From positions 28,954,001-29,018,000 of the forward strand of contig JANJGN010000025.1 of the NCBI GenBank assembly GCA_026770705.1: a DNA stretch of 64,000 nucleotides, given 5' to 3'. The stretch is from Isurus oxyrinchus (taxonomy: Eukaryota). A program made the position numbers and the translations under genes. The notes under the pieces were generated by a model. The model was not told where the DNA came from, searched no databases, and was given only the letters and a program-made list of their open reading frames with translations. Below are positions 1-13,985 of this stretch, piece after piece; position 1 is the first letter of the stretch, and each line of letters opens with the position of its first letter.

Positions 1-1213
1 CCTTATATGCCATGACATCACAAGTGCACATCCAAATACTTCTTAAATGTTATGAGGATTTCTGCCTCTACCACCCTTTCAGGCAGTGAGTTCCAGATTC
101 CCACCACTCTCTGGGTGAAAAAATTCTTCCTCACATCCCCTCAAAGCCTCCTGCCCCTTACCTTAAATCTATGCCCCCTGGTTATTGATCCCTCCACCAA
201 GGGGAAAAGTTCCTTCCTGTCTACCCTATCTATGCCCCTCATAACTTTATACACCTCAATCATGTCCCCCCTCAATCTCCTCTGCTCCAGGGAAATTAAC
301 CCCAGTCTATCCAATCTCTCCTCATAACTAAAACTCTCCAGTCCAGGCAACATCCTGGTAAATCTCCTCTGCACTCTCTCGAGTGCAATCAAATCCTTCT
401 AATAATGCGGATTTCAGAACTGCATGTAATACTGTAGCTGTGGCCTATCCAGCGTTTTATGCAGTTGCAGCATAGCCTCCCTGTTGTTATATACTATGCC
501 TCGGCTAATAAAGGTAAGTATCCCATATGCCTTCTTAACCACCTTATCTACCTGTCCCGCTACCTTAAGGGACTGGTGGACATGCACACCAAGGTCCCTC
601 TGATCCTCAATATTTCCCAGCGTCCTACCATTCATCGTGTATTCTTGTGCCTTGTTTGTCCTGCCCAAGTGCATCACCTCACATTTATCTGGATTAAATT
701 CCATTTGCCATTGATCAGCCCATCTGACCAGCCCGTCTATATCATCCTGTAATCTAAGGCTCCTCACTATTTACCACCCCACCAATTTTTGTGTCACCAC
801 GAATTTACTGATCAACCCTCCTACATTCAAGTCTAAATCATTTATATATACCACAAACAGCAACGCACCTAACACTGATCCCTGTGGAACCCCACTGGAC
901 ACAGGCATCCAGTCACAAAAACACCCCTCAACCATCACCCTCTGCTTCCTGCCACTCAGCCAATTCTGGATCCAATTTGCCAAGGATTCCATGGGCTCTT
1001 ACCTTCGTTATCAGTCTCCCTTGCGGGACCTTATCAAAGCCTTGCTGAAGTCCAAGTAGACTACGTCAAATGCATTGCCCTCATCTACACACCTGGTCAC
1101 CTCTTTGAAAAAGTCAATCAAATTGGTCAGACATGACCTCCCCTTAACAAAACCATGCTGACTGTCCTTGATTAATCCCTGCCTCTCTAAGAGTAGATTA
1201 ATTCTGTCCCTCA
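1..1213 (-). mobile_element. CR1 LINE, 3' part of ORF2 (reverse transcriptase), frameshifted
   Basis: Consecutive minus ORFs contain QHGFVKGRSCLTNL, DVVYLDFSKA, SGVPQGSVLG, WQMEFNPDKCEVMHLG and LEQRRLRGDMIEVYK, all typical CR1 ORF2 motifs. Runs off the window start. Confidence 0.95.
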
Positions 1214-2523
1214 ATCGAGTCGATACTGACATTTGCATACATTTGATGAGAAAGGGCACCACCATTGGTTTGGGAACAGGAGTTGAGCTGTTCTAGAATT
1301 GAGTCAGATGTGTGAAGATTTTACAGATTGGTCATCAGCTGCACTTGGAATTCCTCTCTTTGGTCAGGCTGCTTTAGGGAGACACATTGAATTTCTCCCT
1401 CTTGGACTTTTGGACCTTGAGATGTCTTTATGCTAGGTGGATGTTCATCACCTCGCATAAACCAATCCTGTTCCCTTGGTCTATGTTCACACATGTGTGC
1501 ATCTAGAAGGAGTTTCTCAATAGCAACCGATAACATGTGCCAGAGTTGGCCGTGACTCTGATGTCTGGAATGGGGCTATTGGGAAAAATGAATGGGAAAA
1601 GCCAATGCAAGTGGCGTCCTCCTGCTGACAAAGTGTGCTCAGCATGGCCTCATTATAATAAACACCCTCTTCAGTCAGAAGGAAAAATACAAAACCACAT
1701 AGAGGCACTCTAGATCAAAGCATTATCACCTCCTGGATTATGTCATTCTTCCAGTCAAAGATGTAAGAAATGCTTATAATCACTTGATCCATGTGGGGGA
1801 CTGATGCCTTCTGGACAGACTATAGACTTGTTCAATCAGTGATGAACATCCACCTAGCATAAAGACATCTCAAGGTCCAAAAGGCTTCTCTCTCAGATAA
1901 TTAGGGATTTCCCCATGTGAATTAGTCATTCAGCTAGACCGTTAGATCTAGGATAATGAGGAGAAGTAGTGTGACCGATATTACACTTCTCACACACATC
2001 CTGAAATGGCTTACCAATAAATTTGGGACTGTTATCCGTAATTATCTCTCTAGGCACACCAAAAAAAAACTGAAAATAAAACTTAGAGCATGCATGACAG
2101 TTGTGCTTGACGTATTGTGCAATTGTCGAATAATAGGGTACTTGATAAAGCAGCCAATGATGACAATGAAGTCAGTGCTATGGACATGAAAGAGGTCGGA
2201 TGCAGTTTTGAACCAAGGATGGATAGGAACTTCATATGGAATGGTGCTTTGTGCTGACATGGTTTTTGCCATGCCTCACACTTCTTGATGATGACTTCAA
2301 TGTCATTGTTCATATGCTGCCAATAGGCTGTCTCTCATGCAAGTCTTCTTGTCCAAACTATACCCATGTGTGAATGATGAAGTTATTGAAGAGTATCAGG
2401 TGGCAAAGATTCAGGAATGATGACCAGCCTGCCTTTAAAGATGACTTGTCATCCTGGTGAGGCCAAAATGGTCTAGCGTGTTCATGGATATGCTGTATTG
2501 AAGCAAGCCATCTTTTAATGAAG

Positions 2524-3232
2524 GGGCAGAGTCTTCTGCCTGTTGGGCGGGCTGGTCGGGAGCGGGTACAGGCAGGCGCGGAGCCGATCGTCAGCTGCGA
2601 TCGGCTGCATGCCGCCATTTTACATGGGCGGGCCAATTAAGGTCCACCCAGCATGACGTGCGCCTGGGAGCACTGAGCGCTACCTGTGTGGACAGGGGGA
2701 GGAGGGACAGTGGGGGTCTGAGCTCTTTCACGTCATGTGAGCGGAACAGCGCAGAAATCTCCCTGAGGCATGGAGATGCCTCAGGGAGATTAATTTCAAT
2801 CTGAAACTTTAAAATAAAGAAAGATTGAAATTATTTAGACATGTCCCCTCATGTGACAGTGTCACATGCGCTGGGACATGCTTATGAAATGTGCAAAAAA
2901 TACTTATTAATTTAATCAAACCTTCATGAAACCTCATCCCGCCCGTGGATGAGGCTTCATGAGAAACACGAAGGCCGCTTGGGCTCTTCACCTGCCCACC
3001 AACCTTAAGGTTGGATGTGCAGCCCTGTCAATTAGTTCAATTGGTTTATTAGTGGCCTCAACAGGAATTTAACAGTTCGGCGGGTGCACAGCTGCCTCTG
3101 GCACGCGCCCGCCAGATGGAAGATCGGAATGATGCGTGGTGACATTGGGACGCACGCCCGACATCACCGCGTGTCATTTTACACATTGGCATGCTGGGCC
3201 CGCCCCTGCAAACCAAAGAGAAAATTCTGCCC
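2524..3232. mobile_element. Non-autonomous Harbinger-type MITE inserted in Gypsy pol
   Basis: Terminal inverted repeats GGGCAGAGTCTTCT / AGAAAATTCTGCCC; CpG-rich body interrupts the pol sequence; clearly homologous to 31691-32347. Confidence 0.8.
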
Positions 3233-5961
3233 ATGGTTTTCACCGTTTCTGTAGTATGGAGACTTATACCATTTCTTCTTGTGGCTGCTGGCATTTATGT
3301 TGCCCAAAATGTACCACATTAATTTGGAGCACACCTTCAAGTTTGATTTCAATGAAGTCTACTTGTTGATCCAGGGATACCTCTTCCATTTTTGCTGGGT
3401 TCGGCAACCTGCTACATGTTTCCAATATGACCATCAAGTTACCTGGTTTGTACTTGATCTCACAATGGTAACCTTGAATCTTCATCAAGAGAATCTTGGC
3501 AGTGGTCAATGGTTTTCATCAAATCATATCCAGTGGCTTGTGGTTTGTCTCTACCATGAATCTTTTGCCAAATAGATAGGCATGAAAGTGTATGATTCCA
3601 AACACTAAAGCTAATGTTCCCCGCTTGATGTTAGAGTAGTTGGATTACAGGCAGAGATTGTGAAGCATTTGCAATTGGTTTGCCTTTTTGTAGTAGGCAC
3701 GGTCCCAGAGGCATCTGTGAGGCAGCTATCTCCAGGGTCGTTGTCTTGCTAGAATTGTAAAATTGCAATGTCGATGCTTCTGATAATGACTGTTTCATTG
3801 CTGCGAAGAGGTATCAATGGTCTTTGTGCCAAAGGAAATTCTCAACAAATTGCTTAGCAGGGACAATTTTTGAGCAAAATTTGGAATGTATGGAGACAAG
3901 AAATTAAAGAGACCTAGACATCTTTGAAGTTCGCCCTTATCTTGAGGAGTTGGCATGGCTATAATATCCTATATTTTATCTGGATTGGGACATATGCCAG
4001 TGCTGGATTAAAGGGAACCAAAGAAATGAATCTGCTGCATGTTTATAGCACATTTCTGATTGTTGAACAACGCTCCTTCATTACATGCTACTTACATCAG
4101 AAGTGCGATTATGGTCATGTTCTTGCATTGTTCTTCCCACTATGGCAATGTCATCAGTGATATAGATGCATCCTGGCGCAGTGCATATATTGCAGTCCAT
4201 GTGAGCTTGAAAGAGATCCTGGCTAACAGAGAGCCAGAAAGGAAGTTGTTGAAAACAGTATTGTCCAAATGAGTATGGAATACAGTAAGCTTTTAAGACT
4301 TCTCCCACGAAATATACTGACCAGCAGCCATACTTGGCATCAAGCTTAGAGAAGAATTTTTCACCTGCAAATTTTGAATTTAACTCTTCTAATGTGGGTA
4401 TTTTGTAAGGTGGATGTTTCGCCATGGCTTTTTATATCTGTCGATAAATGTCTTAGAATCCACAGAGGCTGTATATTGGCACTTGCACTTCTGTCAATCT
4501 TGGCCAATAATGAGTAGTTACCAAATTTCTTAGGGCAGATCATTTGAATCTTGGAAAACACCTCAGATGGTGTGAAGGCATCTAAATTTTCCATGGGATT
4601 GACGGTGTGAAACGTGTTCACCACTCTTCGTCTCACTGCGTGCATCATTGTCTTTTGCTGGTTTGTCGAACATCTCGTGTATATGTTACTGACGGATGGA
4701 AGGTTCTGGTTGTGTACGGTCTGTTTGGATCAGTGCACAGCCCTTTGTAGCTGTATCAACCTTTGCTCTAGTGCACTGCTGCTGCCAATGGCCCTTTCTG
4801 CCACATGCTTTGCAGGATTGATGGAAATCTGGGCGTTTCCTTGGTGCATGCAGAAGGCCACACCTCCTACATGTCTTGTTAGGTTTGGTTCTTTTAGTTA
4901 GTACTTCACCATTGGGGTTGTGCTTAAGACCCGTATGCTTCATTGACCTGCGAGGATAGCTTTCTGCTTATGTCCATCCTTGAGTAGCTTTTCGATGCTA
5001 TATTTTAGGGCTTGTCATGCAGATCCTGTTGAAATGCTTTCAAGGGAACAGATGCAATCACCAACTCAACAATTCTGTCAGCTAGTTCTGCGTTTGAAAA
5101 ATCACAGTACATACCCTTATCTCTGCATCTGCTGATAATGCGGTATATGGATTCTGTAGGTTGTTATTGAAATGACATGAACTCTAGTCAATGAATATGG
5201 AAGTTTAACCTGACTCTGAACCAGTCTTCCAATGTAGTCCATATCTTTTGGGGATCTTTTAGCTCCATTGCTGTTAATCCTGACATGTTTAGCCTGTGTA
5301 GACCTTCATCCCCAATTGCTAGGTGAATTTTTATGGTTGCCTGTCTGGATCAGACACATCTGAATCAAGAAACCATAGCTCAGTGTGCTGTTTAAACATT
5401 TTGAATTTGGTTAGGAGGCCAGTTGCATCCCAATTCAAACTCGGGAACTCTGTGGACATTCTGACAATACTCCTTTGACCTCCCTTCTCGTATAGTGCCT
5501 GGGATGATTGTCACCGTACTCACTTTTGTGAGCTTTCCCAAAGCGCTGCTCATTATAACTGCAACCTTCTTGGTCTGATTTTTATGACTTTTTTTTTGTT
5601 GTTTGACTCCTTCTCACTCACTATCAATCCGGCCCATCACCCTGGTCCCTCGCTTATCCTGACTGAATTAACCCGGTGCTGGTCCTCTCGATGCCCTGTT
5701 CCAGTCGTTGAATTGACAGGCTATGCACTGCAGTCTCACCATGAGGGATTCGTCTGCTTATCAGCTCTTTACTTGAGTACTATGTCACTATGTCTTCCAA
5801 GCTTTACTGCACAGCCAGTGTGCTGCATTTGCAATGCTCTCCGATGCTGTGACTTCGTAGTGGCCTGACGGAAATGTTGAGGGTCGCCTCATGCCATGTA
5901 GCACGCTCTGAGGCTGTTCACCATGTCTTGCCTGTATTTAATCTTGCTGCCATGTTTTTTG

Positions 5962-5978
5962 ACCACCTCTGAACACCA
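5962..5978 (-). promoter_or_regulatory. Primer-binding site of the Gypsy element (tRNA-Leu-like)
   Basis: Minus strand reads ...caaCA|TGGTGTTCAGAGGTGGT directly after an LTR-like end at 5979, resembling the TGGTGTCAGAAGTGG tRNA-Leu PBS. Confidence 0.6.
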
Positions 5979-6149
5979 TGTTGTGTTGCTACACTGATAT
6001 AAACACCAATCGCTCATGAGGGATTGTGTGAGCATGTTGTGGGTTCACTTATTTAGACTAGACACGTGAGCACAAGCTCCCATTGAAGCATGGCAGCATT
6101 AACATTAATGACTGGGAGGAGTTTGTTACCAGTTGTTCAAAATGATAAC

Positions 6150-6392
6150 AACTTGTCCATCAAGCTGCTTGAGTCGAAACACATTAACGATGAGGCAGAG
6201 CGTTGGTAGAGAAAGAAAGGAAAGGAAGCAAATCCTGCACTCATAATCCCACTACCTCATGGGCCATCCTACCCCGTGTGTCCAAAGTTCCGTGTGAGTT
6301 GGGATTCGGCCTGTTCAGTCACAAGAAGACCCATGGCAGAAACCCATGAACCTGCGTAGACAGCATCCTCGAATTGAGGGATAGCCACCACT
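6150..6392 (+). mobile_element. RTE LINE 3' end fragment
   Basis: Decayed C-terminal zinc-finger-like segment (..PVCPKF..; GLFSHKKTH) followed by a short 3' tail; resembles the end of the RTE at ~46.7 kb. Confidence 0.55.
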
Positions 6393-9300
6393 GCCATCAA
6401 CTGGCTTGTCAGATGTGATCAGTTGATAGCACTGACGAGACATTGAGCCAAGGACCTGCCTACTCAGTGTGGTCCACTGAAGAAATTAAGCTTGTGAGAT
6501 AATGAAAAGATTAAAGATTTTAAAGTTTAGAAAATGTGCAGAAGGTATTATCTTTAATAAAGAGAACATTTGACAACAAAGCCATAGAATGCGGCTTTCA
6601 ACAATATCTTACTATTGGGGAAATATTTAGACTCCTGTTGGTTAACTTTCATATCCTACAGAGAATATTTAATATCTAGGTATTATTGTAACACGGTGAT
6701 CTCATTGAGGGTCAGATGACATTATGAACTGAGTAAAAAGCCTATGCATTCTGAAACTGTCATCTGAACCATGAGATGAGATTACAGCCTTGAAATGACA
6801 CCCATTTTGTTGCTGTCTGTCACTTTGCTGGTGGACTCTGAGAACGGTAATCTCCAATCTTTAATGTGTGAGGGCGCCCACACTCAGAAGTTCAACAATT
6901 TTTTGGCATTCACTTTGAATATTTTGAGTGCTTGCCTAACACCTCGTCATCAGGAGATATAAGTTAGCTTATATTATTTTCAATTTTCAATGAGTTTTCA
7001 GAGTAGCAACATGTGTGCTTTATCACAATGCAGACATTTCTTACTATATTATGCTTTTAACTTTTGTCACTATGGTTTTTATGGTGGACAGTAATAATTG
7101 GAAAGTTCCAATGATCTGAGAAGCAATGATATTTTAATCACATGACGTGGAAAATAGGAATATCAGGGTGTACTTTATTGACAGATGCAGGGCAATATCA
7201 TAGTCCCAACCCTTACGTCAACTTTTGTCTTTGTATTACATGGTATTATGTTAAATTGCGTTTTGAGATATCATGATATATTTTATATTCGATATTCAGA
7301 ACAAGCTTTACAAGGTACTCTGCTGTTTGTGCCAATATCATACCATGTGGCTAATATAAATAATAAAATGGTGCAGGATTATTTTATTTATGCCAGGGGC
7401 ATTTTTGAAATTTGCCACATAATGTTTCTATCATAATCAGTCTGACTGAAATCTTGCAACATTACTTGACAAATGGTCCAAGAAATCCTGGCAGAGGATG
7501 GTTGGTGAGGTACGAAAAGTTCTGATTATTTTCCCATTAATCATCCTGCATTTACATCCTGGTCAGGTATATTTCTTCAGAGAAAGAGAAACTGCACTGA
7601 GCCAATGCATGTTAGGCCCTCCTCATGTGTTCAGTGCTGATAGCATGATGCTATACTGTACATGTAATGAAGGAGCTGTTCTTAAATTACTTAAGTTAAA
7701 TTAAGCCTTGAATGGTGATTGTCTTGGTAAACCTTATACTGCAGGGCAATGTAAGACTTAACACAGTCGTTGTAATGGCTTGAGAAGAATTTTACTTGAG
7801 CTGTAGTTTTAAACCAAAAATAACAGCTTACTGATTATTCTGCTAACATTACGACACAAAATTCACTGGTTCCGAGGAATAATTATTGTACCCAGGATGT
7901 CAGGTGGTGACAAATTGGGTTCAGATGTTATACTGCTGTTTCAGTTGTGAAATTATTGTTAAGTTTAAAACCAGTCGATTGTCAGTCTTCCAAGTAATCT
8001 GATTTGGCCGTTTGACAGGTGGGGTAAGTCCATTGCATTAGACAGGTCTGCCTGGCTGGAGCACCTTTCAGACACTTCACTTCACCTGCCGACATGTTCT
8101 TTCATCAAATACTGCAATAAACTGCAGCTAATTGGAAGGTGATGACAGCACAAGCAGGCATTCAATTCACACCAACTTTTCTGTCTTGTAGTCTGCTGCA
8201 GGTACAATGATCACTGACCCCGCAGGAGAAAAGGCTACTAGTGAGTGAGTCTTGCTTTAAAAAAAAAATGCACAAAACTTTATCGCCTGTGCCTGTTTTG
8301 AAAAGACAAGCAGTAGGCAAGGTTGCACAAAGAGTCATTTACAAATGCTGAGCTGCGATGTAAATTCTATAGTTTGTATTTGTACAGAAATATTTAGTAT
8401 GGTGTATATAGTCAGAGCAAATGGCCCCTATTCGGAACACAAGGCCATATTAAGTTACAGGTAGTTGATAGCTGCCAGGACTTAATACTTAGTGTGGTTT
8501 TCACCTGTTGTTATACATACAGATAATTTTAGCAAGTAATTCCAATAGAAATGTTATACGTGGTTGGACTGAAAGGGAAGCTTTCTTGCTGTTGTGCTTA
8601 ACTGCTGTTCGATCCATTTTGCAGACTGGGGCTTAGTTACCGCAGAGTCCTCAATTCATAGCTCTGAACAAGCTTGCACAAAGCAGTTTATTGTGTTCGT
8701 GCATCTATGTTGAGGCTGGAACAAAGGGTAGAAGCTTGCCTTCCACTCTCAGAAAGGTTTTGCATAATGTCATCTGGGGTGTTGATCCAGATTACATGTG
8801 TTAGATGACGTAGCGTGATTTTTCATAAGGGCCTTTACTAGTGTGCATAGCTGATATGTTTAGGGAAGTGATCCATTTTACAACTTGTTAAATATTTACC
8901 ATAAAAATTGTGGTTGGATTTATTCGTAAAAAATTATTTTTTTCTTTAGTCTGATTCCTCTACTTCTTTTCATCCCAAGAGTGTTTTTTTATATCTGTGA
9001 TTTCTCTCATACCATTTGTTACCATTTTAATATAGTGATATTGGAAAGCGAATTGTCTGATGAATTTAATAAGTTCCTTCTTTACAATGTGTAGTGCCTG
9101 TAAATATTCCAGCCTTGGAATAGGTTTAGGACAGCCTAAACTGCTTGGAGTTTGGGTTTTGGAGTGGGTTTAAAATGTTAATAAATTTTGGTGCTGAAAT
9201 GATGTTGTGGACTCCAAAGCATGAACGCTTAGCAGACGGGGGAAGATCAAACTTAAACATTATGGGGAGCCATTAACCTGCTTATTTTAAACTAATTAAC

Positions 9301-9864
9301 ATCACCACTGACATAGAGGGAGAAATTTCCAATGAACTGATTTCAGATGAGCTTTCACTCAGTATAATGTCTGGATTCTTCATTAGGCTGATTTTAGGGT
9401 GAAATATATAAGCCAACAATTTACAAATTTACTGGGTTATGACATTTTTAACCTATTTTTTGAATGCAGCTTCTTGTGTTATTTATGATATATTTGGTAT
9501 TTTCTAGGGATGGCATGGTTCAATGCTTTGTTTAGTAATTGCAAATAATGGTATCATAACTTCTTTAAATGTCATGAAAATATTTCTACTTTATTTGATT
9601 TTGAATATCTTTTAATAAGGTGTATGTGATATCTCAGGGCCATAATTAAAACAAATATTTCATGAATGTAGGATAATTATAATTTATATTGAATAATATT
9701 TGTTTGTACTTCTATTGCATTTTCACCCCCTCTTCCACAGCTGGCTAACTCATGCTGGGATGTGCTTTCAAGAGTCTCTGCAGTCTTCTAATGCCTCACC
9801 CAAGTAGTCACTTTTATCTGTCGTCCTAGACAGTGAATGTTGGCAGGGCTGTGTGACCTTTGGA

Positions 9865-10346
9865 GGGGAGGGGGCTGGTGTCATTGATAGGGGGACATGG
9901 TTCCTGAGGTCAGCCACAGAGTATATTGGGTGAGTGGCTATGGAGGTGGTGTGGATTTATGAGGGGGTGTAGGGAGCGAGTGAGGAGATTGAGTTGGCAT
10001 GAGGTCTGTGAGGGGGCATGGGGTGTGGGTTGGAGATGTGGGGTGTGGGGGGGTTTGCGGTGAGGGCTGAAGGACCTAAAAACTTGTACAACAGGGCTGA
10101 AGTCAAAGAGAACTGAGGCAGAGCTTCTAATCAGCCCTCCTCGACACTCGCTCACCCCCCTGGCCACCTAGCTCTGCTTCTGGAGTCAGCGGCCCCAAAT
10201 TGACCCCACCCCGCACACCCAGTCCTCTCTGTCCTCCTCATGGAATGAAAATTAGGCATATCGGGCCATTTTTTAACCAAGGAAGGTCTGGCAGGTCAGG
10301 ATATTTCCTGCCTTGAGCTACCCACCTCGATAGTGAAAATACCCCG
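9865..10346. mobile_element. Old Harbinger-like non-autonomous element fragment
   Basis: G-rich ggcatg/gggtgtg block and a GAAAATACCCCGCCC end like the TIRs of other copies; similar to 39830-40296. Confidence 0.4.
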
Positions 10347-11829
10347 CCCACTCCGACCGAACCACTGTTGGTCTTGCTAATGGAGATCACGGGCTGGTTT
10401 GCTCTGAAAGAATCCCACTGTCATATTGGAGAAAGAATGATGGAAACTGATGAGAGTCAAATCAAAGAGGTCAAAGCCAGTGAGGGGCTGATGAGATTGA
10501 AGGAAAAACCTGGGCTGCAATGAGGGGACAGTTCCAAACTCAAACATTTCCCTTTGCACCATAGCAAAGAGACAGATCAGATTTTATTGCTCTAGTTACT
10601 CACAGCCCATAACTTTGCCAAGGACGAGGAGGAAATGGGTTTACAATAAATGTGGCCTCTTGTTCAGCTTTTGTAGTCCAATGGTTTATGCAACTGCTGT
10701 GCCTTGTTGTGTATGCAGAACAGAGCTTGCTGAAAAAGATCTAAAGCTTGTACTTTGGGCAAGATCCTAATGGCTCGTGTCCTGCTATACTGAATGCTGA
10801 CCTAGTTCTGTATCTCAACAAATTGCCTTAATTTCATTCAACTGAGCCCAGCACACCATCTGAACTTGGCAAGAAAAGGTGGGAATCCAGGCACGCTCTC
10901 AGTGGCTAGGAGAACTCGCACCACACGTCCATAGAAAATTTACAAGATGTTATTGTAATAAATACTTTCATCGTGTGGGGGGGTTTTTGAAGAAAAGGCA
11001 CATATAAAAAATAACGCTAAATGGTCATATTTACCAATGCAGCCATCGGAGAGAATAGAAAATTTAGCAATCTTTCCAATTTATTACCTCTGCAGTGTTC
11101 TCTTCTGAAATAAGTGACTTAGAATTTTGGCCCACTTTCAATTGCTCCCTGTGTGCTCAGTATGCATGCTCATTACAAGCCTGAAGAGCACTCCCTGTTG
11201 GAGAACTAAAGGCTAAAGGCAGCAACCAAATCTGAAACAAGAATCAGGCCTATGCGTATGCAAATAAGGGCCCTCTGAAGCGACCAATACAAGATCATCT
11301 TTGCTCTGAGGCAGCAACATCACTGCTGTCTCTCAACCTGATCGATCACCCTCTCCTTTCCTAGTTGCCCCCTTCTCCACTTACTCAAGAGCCAATGCAG
11401 GAATCTTCAATCCTGCTTTGCCAGTGAGCTGCCTGTTAATCCCAACCCTCCATAAGCTTAATGGAAATCAGTCTGAAGGCCCAATATCAGGGACATCTCA
11501 GGCTGCACCATTCAGGTGCAAATATAATTCCACTTAGCCCCCGCCCTGTTTCAAAGGTCATCATGCCTGAATTTCTAGGCCATTGGCTCTTAATGGAGTA
11601 CAGCTTTACAGTTGGCAGCAACCACCCAAAACCTCACTCAGGTAGCCATTCTTTCATGTGAGCTTCATCCATAGGTTTATTATGGAATGAAATTGTTCCG
11701 GGGATGTGGTTCATCTCATCTTGTCCTGTTAATCACCTAGATGTTATTCCTGGCAGTCATCAGTCGTAAACATCCTTAGATACATGCTGAACCTATCCAT
11801 CTGACTACTTCTGCCAGCATCCTTATTTT

Positions 11830-13107
11830 ATGATCCTAGACCAGAGCCTCAAGGTAAGACCCGGTTAGGGATCAATAATATTTTGTTTAAAGTAGACAAA
11901 GTTTGAGATTCAAGACACTTTCTAAGAGAATAAAGCCACAAGATTCTAAGGGTTTTGAACAAACAGGAATAAACTTTACTACACAAGGTCAGAAAGATAA
12001 AACAATTTACAATGTCTATCTTATACTCTTATATTCAGTGTTAATATGAGGTGCATGTGAATTAACAGGCAAACTGTGGTTGAACACACCACATAGTACA
12101 ATAAATAGTAAATGCGACCAAGAAGATCCCACAGATTTCTCAGCAACACACCCAGAAGTCAGTAAATACTGAGTCAATCAATTTCATTGAAACTTTGTCT
12201 TCCTCACAAGGGACTCCAAACTTTCACTTTGGACGGCTTCAATGGCTGCACACCTCCCAGGGCTTCAACCTCAACTCTCAGTACTACATTCCAGCCCCCA
12301 CTTCCTGGCGCTATTACGGCTCCTTAATAGCCAACGAGATTCACTGAGCTGGCACTGCCCCTAGATTTTCACCAAGCTCCAATCTCGCCAGCTACACCAA
12401 GCAATAAATCACTTCCAAGGCTTCTTCTGAGCCCTAACCCTTGCTAGCACAGAGCCAGTGACCTTCAGCCACCCTCTCAGCTCCCCAGGACTTCTCCTGA
12501 GCCCTAACTGCACAGATCCAGCTAACAGCAACACTTTTGCTGCCTGGAGCCAGCTAACAGCAGCAACTTTTCTGCAAATCTTTTCCTCCCACCACTGCAG
12601 AACACACTCCCCCAGCAAACACACAGATAAATTGAAACCCTAGAACTTTCTTAAGCTCCACCCACCTCCATGACAATGTATAACTCCCAAAACAAAACAA
12701 CTCTCTGGGCTGCATTTCTTTGTAAGCAGTGTAGACATTTCATCTCCAATTCTCCAGCTATATAAGCCAACCTGCTGTTTTATGATCTTACCTTTCTGGC
12801 TGTTAACCACTTAACTCAACAGCCCTAACCTTTTAAGTCTAATTGTCTTCAAGCTGTTTTGCATTTATATCATTTTTGACAGATAAACTTCAATCTTCCC
12901 AGAATTAAATATTACCTCTAAAATATTTGTATAAACCACGAAGTAAGTGGTTCCAGCATTGTAACCTATGGTTATCAAGGCCAGGAATGATGAATGATCT
13001 TTTTTCTCTCTCTGGCCCAGGAGGTGGATATAATGTAATTCCTTCTCTACTGCCTGAGGTGGGATCAACCAATTTAGCCCAATCTAGAAACTAAACCCGG
13101 AGCATCA
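11830..13107. mobile_element. Probable solo LTR (~1.3 kb)
   Basis: Compositionally distinct non-coding block ending ..GCATCA with LTR-like layout; no TSD confirmed, boundaries approximate. Confidence 0.35.
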
Positions 13108-13116
13108 ATGATTTTG

Positions 13117-13345
13117 AAATAAAAACAGAGCATGCTGGAATTACTCAGCAGGTCAAGCAGCATCTGTGAAGAGAGAATCAGAGTTAATATTTCAGGTCAC
13201 AATAGCTTTTCAACGGAACAGAAAGATTATTGACCCAAAACGTTAACTCTGTTTCTCTCTCCACAAATGCTGCCTGACCTGCTAAGTATTTCCTGAATTT
13301 TATGTTTTTATTTCAGATTTCAGCATCTGCAGTATTTTCCACTTG
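13117..13345. repeat. Penelope-type inverted-repeat (hairpin) element
   Basis: Arms of about 85 bp, 13117-13203 and 13229-13315, are reverse complements (..gcagcatctgtgaagagagaatcagagttaa / ttaactctgtttctctctccacaaatgctgc..). Confidence 0.75.
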
Positions 13346-13716
13346 CCTTCTGATTCTGCCCTCACTCCGTGCAGTGCGTTCGCCCAATCTACCATGGAGA
13401 GCAAATACATCAGAATCTAGTCAGATTTTTAAGTTGATTATGGCTGTCATCTTAAGGAAGTCGCTGAGATTTTCTCCATACATGAAGTTAGCAGCATTTC
13501 CTGGGTCAGATCACAATCTGACTTTGTAGCTGCCATGGGAAAAAAATGTTGCCTTTGCAATGTAGTATTGTTTGTCGGTATGCTTATTAAATAGATGCTG
13601 TTAAATGAGGAGACAAATAACTTCCCTGGAAAATATTTATTCAGTGATAATCTGCTGGTTAAAGCAATGGAAAAGGTGGCTGATAACGCATCTGGATGGC
13701 ATCACGGCTTCCAAAA

Positions 13717-13985
13717 AGGACAAAGGCAGCAGATGCATGGGAACACCGCCACCGGCAAGCTCCCTTCCAAACCGCTCACCATCCTGACTTGGAACCGTAT
13801 CGCCGTTCTTTCACTATTGATAGGTCAAAATCCTGGAGCTCCTTTCCCGTTGGTGTGCTTACACCACATGGACTGCAGCAGTTCAACAAGGCAGCTCACC
13901 ACCACCTTCTCAAGGGCAATTAGGGATGGGCAATAAATGTTGGCCTAGCCAGCAATACCTACACCCCATGAAAGATTTTTAAAAA
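13717..13985 (+). mobile_element. 3' tail of CR1/L2-group LINE
   Basis: HHPDLE..SKSWSS..PHGLQQFNKAAHHHLLKGN* then gggcaataaatg..tail; same family as 29590-31500. Confidence 0.85.

Larger units (their letters stand above)
1216..6103 (-). mobile_element. Decayed Gypsy/Ty3 LTR retrotransposon (gag-PR-RT-RH-IN) with 5' LTR; 3' LTR not seen
   Basis: Minus strand in Gypsy order: gag zinc knuckles CRRCGLLH..CKACGRKGHWQQQC (~4760-4880), degenerate protease AKIDRSASAN (~4480), RT IPTLEELNSKFAGEKFFSKLDAK..YITDD (4081-4425), RNase H region IKYKPG (~3440), integrase PWFKTASDLF and TDNSPKF..PHYPRSNGLAE (~1930-2270). Boundaries approximate. Confidence 0.9.
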
